Positions 54,592 through 64,000 of a stretch of DNA of 64,000 nt are shown in pieces. Under the pieces are notes generated by a model. The model was not told the DNA's origin, did no database searches, and was given only the letters and a program-made list of their open reading frames with translations. Source of the stretch: Rhizophagus irregularis (Eukaryota); NCBI RefSeq assembly GCF_026210795.1, contig NC_089430.1, forward strand, positions 2,728,001 through 2,792,000, read 5' to 3'. Position 1 is the stretch's first letter. Each line of letters opens with the position of its first letter. Both the position numbers and the translations under genes were made by a program.

Positions 54592-57500
54592 GCATAAATG
54601 CACCCTCCATAAATGAACCTTCCATAAATGAATGATTAGCTCCACGTTTATACTTTAACTCTTCAAGTCTTTTTTTATTTTCAATAAGAAAAGACAATAA
54701 AGCTTTAGTAGTTTTTTCACCTTTTGCAGCATTTTTATTTTTATGAGTTTGTTCCATTTTTATTAAGAAAGAAGTTTACTGTATTTTGTTTAAAGGAAAT
54801 GACAAAAAAGTTCGCGTCTAGTAAGTGTTTCGCGTTTAATAAATATGCCGGCATACATTTTATTGAAGATTGAAATATGCGGTATTTTTGTTAAAAAATG
54901 AAAAGTGCGGTAAGGAAGTTAAAACCTTATTCTAATCTTTAATCAATTAATCTCAATCACGTTTTTGTGAAACCAGATTAACCACTAATCTCAATCTCAA
55001 TCTCAATCACGTTCTCTGTGAAGACGCCCATTATTAATATTTTCATTATGAAAGTCTTTATGAAACACTTTGATCTATGATGTGCATCTTAATCATGTAA
55101 AATTTGTTTTATCTTTCCATAAATAAAATTAATATTATTTGAAAAGACACCTCTTAGAAATTCTTTAATTTTTGGATCCTCATCATTTCATAAAACTTTA
55201 AAGAAGTCAGAATTGTTCGAATAAAGATCAAATGTACTTTATTACTCTTTATTAGTCTATTATTTAGTAAAGTAATTAATAAAATGATTTTAAATAGTGA
55301 TAAATATTTATACATCTGTACCTCGCCCAAATAATCAGCTGATATATTTTGTGATCCATTTAACTTTTAAAGCAACCTTTGTAGGTTTGTTAACAGACAA
55401 CTCCGCAGCAAAGGGAATTTACATACCAAGAAATCGAAATTATTAATTTAGTGAGCATGTATTACTAACTTTTCCTACCTTTAATCTAAAAGATAACAAC
55501 CGTCTATCGAGTATTGGTTATAATAGGAGATCATATATAATATTTAGATTAATAGTATTCACTTTTGGAATGGTGAAGGATTTTAATAAATATTCATTAT
55601 TATATTATTACTATTTTAATATCAAGATGTCGCCTCATATGGAAATTCCCTGTAGACTTCTATTCCTTGAGGTAAATTTCAAGTTTTGTGTTTTGTGTAT
55701 GGTTTTATTATTAGCACTTTTCTTTAGTTTAGTATTATCGGATGAAACACAATATACAATAAGTTAACAATATTTTCATTATATGATGAAGTTAAAAACA
55801 GACTAATTGGAAACAATGTTATTAAAATGGAACGAAAGATAAAAATAACTGAAATTAAAACATGAAAAGACAAAAAAACTATAAATATTTCGGTCTTTTA
55901 TGGCTATAAAGTTCGTCTTTTGAAATATAGGACCAAGAGAACCGCAACCTTTTAGGGCTGGTGGTTTTCAAATTCTTCTTATTGTCCTAAAGAAAATATT
56001 CTTATTGTCAAAATAGATTAAATGCGCTCCTCTGGCAACGGCGTAGAAATGATTCTATAGGATTCTTTTAAGTAATAATGTGTAGTTCATTCCTTTTTTG
56101 GCGTAATTTTGGGGCCTTGGTCGATCTCTTGTTACCTATTTCTGGCTACTCAGGTGAAACATACATTTAGGTATTCATATAATAAATGACAGAAATAATC
56201 ATTTTAGGTAAACAAAAGTTATCATTGAATGAATGTTCATGAATATAAAGATTTGATCATTAAACATTATGTTATTCACTTTTTTATAAATAGTCCCTAA
56301 AATTTTGTAAAGAAATACTTATAAAAAATCGCAAATGATATGGGCGAAATTGTTTTTCCCATACAGAATAAATTATCCCTACGTTCGTGCAACATAATGT
56401 TTGTAAAAAAAAATATACAATTCTACAATTCTACCGTTAAAACCCTACGCTCGCTCGTGCAACATGATGTTTTCATCATTAACTGCTAAATAAAGATAAT
56501 AATCAATAGTTTATTCGTGTACAATATTGAATATCGATAGTACAATGATAGTTTCGAAAATTTTGTCAAACATGCATATATCTAAATTTGCAGCGTAGCG
56601 ATAAATTCGGTCGTTATACTACAAAAAGATTTAAGTTTTATGAAAATATGTTTTACACTTTACATTCTTTAATTTTCACTTGAATTAAAATTTTAATTAC
56701 ATGTCATTTTTTTTTCAAAATATTTATTATACAATACGCTTGAATGAATTTTTTCCCATCAGATATATTTTGTATTTTCAATCACGTTACCAAATTAGGT
56801 TGATTTATATAAATCACCATTACCCTTTTATTCTTTCAAACTTTTACCATATATCTTAAATATTGATGGGTTAACGTTAAATTATAGTACATATAACGTT
56901 AAGATTAGAAATCAAAAAAATACTGACGTCAATTGTATTTTTCATTTTTTAATTTAATAATTTAATCATTTACAAAAATAAATTATTTTTTAATTATTTA
57001 ATTAATGGAGTGCTAGCGATATAAAATTTTTAATATGTGTTTTTTAGTGTTAATATTATGTATGTTTTTGAGCAATTTTGTAGTGTACAGTATGTTTCTC
57101 TAGTATGTAATAAAATAAAAATAAATGAATTAAATAATTTGGGTTTCAAAACATATTAATTTCAACCCTTGTCACATGTATATTAGGTTTCAAATTTTTG
57201 GTACGAGTTTAATGCCTGGATTGATCTTTCTTTTAAGGTTTGGTTTTGAGGAATGGACTCAAATTTCAAACCGTCCTGATGACTAGCAAAAAACAAAGTA
57301 TCGCCTTATTTCCATCCCTCTCTTTAATAATCTTCCACGTCCTAACCTGTGAAAGACATCAACTTTAGTGAGATCATTAAAGCAGTTTGAACTTCGGGAG
57401 CTTTTGCTTGATATCTTTCTTATTAATTACAGGGATACCAATGGGTATAAAAATATCTCAAAGCTTATACGTTCAATTTATGAACGAAATCGTTAATTCT

Positions 57501-58816
57501 TCTCATACTCACTTACCTCGGAACCTACTATATATATCCTCCATAAAATGCACCCTTTAGTCCGGTCCCAAGCTTATACTGTATGTTTATAATTAATTGC
57601 TCTTTTTAATGCACACCCTTTTTAGCTAGGTGCATTATTTTGAAAATTATGTATACAGTTCCGGGGGCGCATTTATGTATATTTATTTATTTAGAATAAA
57701 ATTATACTTATTTCTGTTTTTTATTGATTATAATTTACGGTACATTTCGTCGAAACCCCATTTGGCCGAAGGGATGTTTCGCCAAAAGGACATTTCACCG
57801 AAAATGGTAGCAATTAACATTTTATGAAAGATATTCATCGCGCAATGAAAATAAAAAAATAAATTATTTTTAGAGATCATTTTTTTTCCAGGATATTATC
57901 ACTTTATTTAACATTCAAGTAACTGATATTAATTACTAAGCAATAAATAAATAACTTTATAATCCTGAAAACATTTATTCACGAAAAATAAGTAAAAAAA
58001 AGATTAATTGCCGATTCGTCTAAAATCGGCACATAAAATTCGTGGATAATAAAGATAATAAAAAAATGTGTTTTTCACATCTCACGCGCGGAATAGATTT
58101 TCACCCATTTCACAAACACTTGGTTCTAATAATAAAAATATTTCAAAAAAGTAACGCAATATAGCAAAATAAAATATTGAAATTTCCTATATTTTAAGGT
58201 GTAAATCTGACACGCGTACATAGTAAATTCATTATTTTGCATATGAACGTATAATTTTTTTTTGCAAATTATTTTTTTTTCAACAGTATATCATATGACT
58301 TTTACTTATAGTTAATACACTAGACAGTCTTTATTGAAGATAATCGCTAGAATAAAATATTTAGTTATTGTTTTTGGAAATATACGAAACAAGATTAGTC
58401 ATTGAATAGTCCAAAAAATAATTTATTTTCTCGTTATAAAACAAGATTGTTAATTCGCTGCATACTGATGGGCTAGTAATTTGCCCCATATATAAAACGA
58501 CTATATAAGGAAAGTATCGTCCATTTTTTAGTAGAAAATATTCCTTATTATATTGACAATCCCCTTAATTAATCACACTTATTATGAAGGATTAACCTAA
58601 TAGAAAAGAGAGACAATATATAGTATGATACCTCACTAAGGAAAATACAATATTCTTAAGAACGGAAATCAACTGGCAATTTTTCTATATATATAAAGTC
58701 ATTTTCCCCATATTTTTTAACTGTGTTAATATTCGAAACATATATTACTCTATAAAAAAGAAAAGTTATTATAACATACTCTTTCAAATTTTCTTTTTTA
58801 CAATATTAAAATAATC

Positions 58817-59086
58817 ATGAAATTTCTTTTGCTTACTGTTGTAATTTGCCTTATCTACGCTCTTGTTAGTGTGGCTGCTTCGCCATTAATTAATGAAGGT
58901 AATTATATCTTTAGAATTTTTTTTTTATTTCGTTTTCAATAATACCAAAACATTTAATAATTATTCTTTTCATTAATAGCTCGAAGGACAAGATGCGCTA
59001 CAGTTGGTACAAGCTGTACCTACATACCATGCTGCCAGGGACTTAGATGTGCCAAAACTCCGCAATTATTATGTATTTCTGGGTAA
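58817..59086 (+). CDS. Small secreted cysteine-rich peptide, inhibitor-cystine-knot (knottin)-like, 62 aa
   Basis: Exons 58817-58898 and 58980-59086 with a GT-AG intron. Translation MKFLLLTVVICLIYALVSVAASPLINEARRTRCATVGTSCTYIPCCQGLRCAKTPQLLCISG*. TATA-like motifs at ~58690 and ~58750. Confidence 0.88.
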
Positions 59087-59573
59087 ATTGCTTTAAAAAG
59101 CATCTATTTTAAATGCTTGTTAATTAAGTTTCAACAGACCTCTTGTTTGATAAGCACTGTTATAGAAATACTTAGCCAATGTTACGCTTCAAATCAACAC
59201 AATATAGGTCTTATTTATTGTGTTCTATTTTTTTTATTCTATTATTATTATTATTATTTTATTTTATATTTTTTTTTTAGTAAGTCTTGAAATGAAATAA
59301 TAAATGTGATAAATACAAATTTGTATTTTACATACAATATATAAATTAATATGCGTAACATCTATTGTATTGCTTTATAGTTTATACTTTAAAATGTGTT
59401 GTACTGCATGTTTTTAATGGTGTTGGCATTGTTTTACACAAAAAGTGTTGTACCAATATGTTTTAAATGGTGTTAATTGTAAGGTTAATTGCTCGACACT
59501 TTTTGATGTTGAATATTTCAAAATTGTAATAAATTTTTGATTTAAAGATGAATTAGAAAGAAGACTATTTTTC

Positions 59574-60125
59574 GGGTTTACCACAAAATCCAGACAACCA
59601 TAAAATTGACAGTCTACAATCCCGACACCAAGATCCCGACAAACCCAAATCCCGTTGAAATAAAATCCCGGTAGTCACAAATTCCGACAGTTAAAAATCT
59701 TGACAATCAAAATTCACTAAGTTTTTTTTTTAAATATAATTTTAAAAATGCAATGACGCAGTAACGGGTTAATATATTGTAAATTTTATTAATACCAATG
59801 TAAATTGTTTGCAAATTTTATTAATATTAATGCAAATTAACTAACGTTACCATATTATTAATGAAATTAAAAGAAAAAAAATTTTATCTTAGTTAAAAGG
59901 ATTATGTACAGTATATTACTAGATTACTAAACTATTCCTTATCTTCTACAATTGAATTAAAAAAATTAACTAATCTCAAATTCATCTGATCGAATCTCAG
60001 CCAGGATTTTGGCTGTCAAAATTTTAGATCATCGGGATTCTGTGACTGTCAGGATTTTGATTCAATCGGGATTTGCGGATTATAGACTGTCGATATTATA
60101 GGTGTCAGGATTTTTGGGTGATCCC
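59574..60125. mobile_element. Mutator-like non-autonomous element with ATCCCGAC subterminal repeats
   Basis: GGG..CCC termini and mirrored atcccgac/gtcaggat arrays; TSD degenerate. Confidence 0.7.
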
Positions 60126-60164
60126 ACTAATATGACTATATTATAATACCATTTTTTAAAGCGA

Positions 60165-60520
60165 ACTTACTATTATCGGGTATGTCAAAATCATAAGGTG
60201 TGCTATGAAATGCCATTAAGAATTATATTTAATTATTAAAGTTATTATATTAATAAAAATAATTGTCATACTGTAATTATTATTTGCCTTCTTGTTCTTC
60301 TGTTTATTTAATTAACAAAGAAATGAACATTATTAAGTAGTCAATTTATTTATTTTTATATAAATAAACCGTTTTATATTTATAACTTACCTTCAATTGC
60401 CCAAAAAATAACTCCGAAAATTTGCAAGAAAGAAAAATAGCAAAAATAATTAATAATCATTATGACTATTAAGCAACTATTAAAAGTTTAATATAAATCC
60501 CAAGATTCTTCCACGCTTAT
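60165..60520 (-). pseudogene. Collapsed kinase relic: promoter fused to 3' exons
   Basis: FHSTPYDFDIPDN exon (~60170-60213), EEQE micro-exon (~60288-60300) and donor at ~60390, followed directly by kinase promoter-like motifs. Confidence 0.75.
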
Positions 60521-62140
60521 TTTCCCAATGATCATTTAATATCTTATTTGCGCAGTAGATACGCAATTTGCGATATCACTACATTCAAAATATTGGATAC
60601 TTTATTATAATTCATTAATTGTCGGTGCCTAAAAGTAAGTTTTTTTTTTACATTTATAAGAATAAATTTTTAATATCAAGATCTCTAACCATTTTGCACC
60701 ATTTGTGATTTATTCGGAGTTACTGCTGACAGTATCTATAAATTTATAATTCTTAAAGAGAAATATAAGAAATAATATAATTAAAAGAATTTATATTCTT
60801 ACAGTAATGTACAAAGTTAGGCTTATCTCGTGCAAAGGAACCGGCAGAAGAAAATGAAATTGAAGATAAATTTTAGAATATTATTACTAATATTGATTCA
60901 AATATCTAATAACCTTGTTCTAATTATAGTTGTAAAATAATGTTACATTAATGACCAGTAAGTATTCTTATTTTAGCAGCAGTAGAAGTAAGTACTGTAA
61001 GATAGTAGTAATATTCATAATTACTATACTATCCGTTCAGGTAACTCCAATTGATATTTTCGAAGTGACTTTACTGCAGAAACCTCAATAAATTTGCATC
61101 CAAAAGATTTTGTTACATACATAGTATCAATGTTGATTTAAAATGCTTAATTACTTTATAGATTAATTTTACTGATTCACCATGACTATGCTCACCAAAA
61201 TTTTTACGTATTCATCTGAAAGTTTTTACGATAGTGGGTCATTCTTTATACTACACAGGTATCTTAAAAGAAAAATACAAATAAAATAAATTAATTCAAA
61301 GATAATAAAATGTAATATGGTAGCACTATTCCATTTCAATACACGACTCTCCACAATTTCTTCTGAAGGATCAAATTTCACACTTACGGATATAATATAT
61401 AATATATATTATATATATTATTTAAGAATAATTTTTATTTTTTTTTGTATTGTATAAATAAAAAAAGATCCAAATTTAGGAAAACTTTAACTCATATCAA
61501 TACAGTAAATAAAGATTAATATCGAAACCTAAAAAATATTTTTATCGTTAAATTGATCGAGATTAAAAAATTTCATTTACAGCAAATGAAATGCTGCAAT
61601 CCTTAACCACGAAATGGATCTCGACCGTTATAATTCTATATGTAAGCGAGGAAGGATGGAAGAGATACTTTGATTACGAGACAATCAAACACATGTTTGG
61701 CTCGGTCGTTGAAAAACGACTCGACTGACTTTTGTTCTGTCATTCTGTCATGAAGTCCCACAGTAAATGTCCTACGAAGTTCCGATAATCAGAATACTTA
61801 CAAAGAGAATTAAATGAATCACATCACGGATGACGGCTGTTATTCGTGACGCAGCAATCTACGAAGTAAGCTTTGCTCCTAAATTTCAATTTCGTTACAG
61901 TGACGGTATGCAATAATACAAATATTCGATCTTTGAAATGGATGCAGATAAACAATATTATCTTTAAACTTTTTTTTTCTTTTTTCTTTTAGATTTAATA
62001 TATGCTATTTTGAAGTTAGCAGATTTACAATTGTTCAAATTTCAGTTTTGGATACATTTTCTTTTATTTATATACTGTACATATAAATTTATTCACTACG
62101 TGTCATTTGTGCAAAAACATTATCATCTCTAGTAATAATA

Positions 62141-63613
62141 TTATTCATATACTTTTTCATTAGCCTCACTTGAAGCACTAATATATCGCGGAAATACTTT
62201 TGCAAGTGTATATATTTTTGCATCTGAAGAATTCAACTTAGTTCCAATGAGAGGAAAGTAGCATATATCTACGCGTAATTTATCAATTTCATCATCATTC
62301 CATGCTCCTTTCATCAAATTTGGATTAATCATATCATTTTCAAAAAATTCACATTCTAATTTTGGTTCTTGAACATTTATGCGAAACCACAACAATTTAA
62401 AAATATCTTGAATAAGTTTTGGTGCCATTGCATCAACTTGTTTTTTTCTATTAAGATCATTGATTTTACGATAATTATTCATCATTTTATTGAGTTCGTT
62501 GCTAACATGAGCTATAAAGTCATGCATTCGCATATTTCCATCATTATCGATTATATTGTTAAATCCACGATTACCAAGAATTCCATAAACTTGTTGACGT
62601 ATTTTTATTATTGATGCACCAGTAACCTCATCAGTACCGGCACGAGTTGTTAAGAATAGCTTGATTAATTCTAATAATTCTGTTGCTTTTGATTCGACAT
62701 CTGATTCAAGTTTAGAGTTTCCACATTGGAATTTAAAAAACTCATGAGAAAACTCGCATATTAAATCTAACACCTTACGTTGTAAAATAGCTTTAATAAA
62801 GATCTTATTTGAATTGTTTGCGGTAATTTCATTTAAACAACCATATTCTTGTGCAAGTTCTTGTACTTTTTTAATATTAATATTCATATTAGGTTTCAAA
62901 TGAGTTACGTAATTTTCCAATATGTTCTGCAATTTTAAGATATCATTTTTTAATTTAACCGAATGATTTAGATCGCCATCACTAAGGAAAATATTTGTTG
63001 CAACACCAAGTGCTGATTGATATTTAGATGCCTCTTCTTTAAGTCTGGCATTTTCGTCTTCTAGATCGCGTGAACCATTTCCTTTCTCATCTAAATTTTG
63101 TCTTATATAGTTAATATTCTTCTTGTATTTTTCATGTGCTTGCTTAAATTCTTGCTGAAATTTTATTCTTTGATCTCTTAATTGCTGTTCTAAATTTTTG
63201 ATACAACTTTCCATATATCTTTCCGTATTTTTTTTTGACGATTCTAACTCATTATAACGACCATTTAATTGATTTATATCTCGTTGATAATTTTCTTCTA
63301 AAATTTTTAATTTTGAGTCGAGTTCTTGTTTTTCTTTCTGATTTTTTTCAATTATAAAATTATTTTTTTTTCTTTCCTGCAACAAATCATCTTCAAGTTT
63401 TTGAACCTTTACTTCTAACTCATAATTGTTTTCTTTCATCCTATTAAATTTTACTGTTATTTCAGATAGTTCTTTTTCACATTTTGTTAGTTCTTGTTTG
63501 TAAACATCGCTATAATCATTCAAACTTGATTGAGAAGGATATTCGTCATCTTCAGCTTGATTATTTCGAACGTTATGTTTTATTTTTTGATGTTTGTTTC
63601 GGTAAAAATTCAT
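62141..63613 (-). CDS. Uncharacterised coiled-coil protein, 490 aa
   Basis: Single long ORF; heptad-rich N-terminal half, globular C-terminus (..LMKGAW..VDICYFPLIG..AKV). Confidence 0.85.
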   Translation of the reverse strand: MNFYRNKHQKIKHNVRNNQAEDDEYPSQSSLNDYSDVYKQELTKCEKELSEITVKFNRMKENNYELEVKVQKLEDDLLQERKKNNFIIEKNQKEKQELDSKLKILEENYQRDINQLNGRYNELESSKKNTERYMESCIKNLEQQLRDQRIKFQQEFKQAHEKYKKNINYIRQNLDEKGNGSRDLEDENARLKEEASKYQSALGVATNIFLSDGDLNHSVKLKNDILKLQNILENYVTHLKPNMNINIKKVQELAQEYGCLNEITANNSNKIFIKAILQRKVLDLICEFSHEFFKFQCGNSKLESDVESKATELLELIKLFLTTRAGTDEVTGASIIKIRQQVYGILGNRGFNNIIDNDGNMRMHDFIAHVSNELNKMMNNYRKINDLNRKKQVDAMAPKLIQDIFKLLWFRINVQEPKLECEFFENDMINPNLMKGAWNDDEIDKLRVDICYFPLIGTKLNSSDAKIYTLAKVFPRYISASSEANEKVYE

Positions 63614-64000
63614 TTTAATGAAAACTAGACTAATTATAATTTTTTTTTTTAACAGATAATGTTATTCATTTTACGGTGTGACAAAAAAAACCGGAAAATT
63701 TCTCACATGACATAAATTTGTTTGCATACTCACGTGCGTTTACGACGTCCCATAAATAGAATTTTTGTACGAAATATTGTCGATTAACAAGTAATTTTCT
63801 TTTTCTTCAAAATATTAATAGCAGAACTTCCTATTTTACCACAAATAAATTCAATAAACCCATTCGTTGAGTTATTTCACTTATTAATTTGTCGTTGTCT
63901 AATAATTCTCGCGTTTTTGGATCTACTGTGCCACCACTACATGAAAATAAAAAAATAAATTTTTTGATTACATATGAATATATGAATTGCAATATAAAAA

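Noticed and set aside
61583..61730. Exon-like ~48-codon open stretch in a GC-richer patch
   Set aside because: No convincing start or upstream exon and no motif; cannot be supported without a search.

Overview
Very AT-rich eukaryotic DNA with short GT-AG introns; the gene families (expanded TKL-like kinases, KCTD-type BTB proteins) point to an arbuscular mycorrhizal fungus (Glomeromycotina, Rhizophagus-like), which is an inference. 1-39 kb is a minus-strand tandem array of ~4.2-kb kinase units: two apparently intact genes (31986-33814, 36183-38038), two pseudogenes and one 3' remnant. The older units are inflated by many nested DNA transposons whose ends and TSDs can be read against empty sites in sister units, including a 7.5-kb CCCTATAAAAA-ended element carrying a Myb/SANT-like pseudogene and a micro-exon array. 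39-64 kb holds an Msb1/Mug8-like RhoGAP-fold gene, a BTB gene plus pseudogene, MULE-like elements, a collapsed kinase relic and a coiled-coil gene. It also holds a two-exon, 62-aa secreted inhibitor-cystine-knot-like peptide gene (58817-59086) missing from the ORF track. All calls are by eye; no database searches were run.
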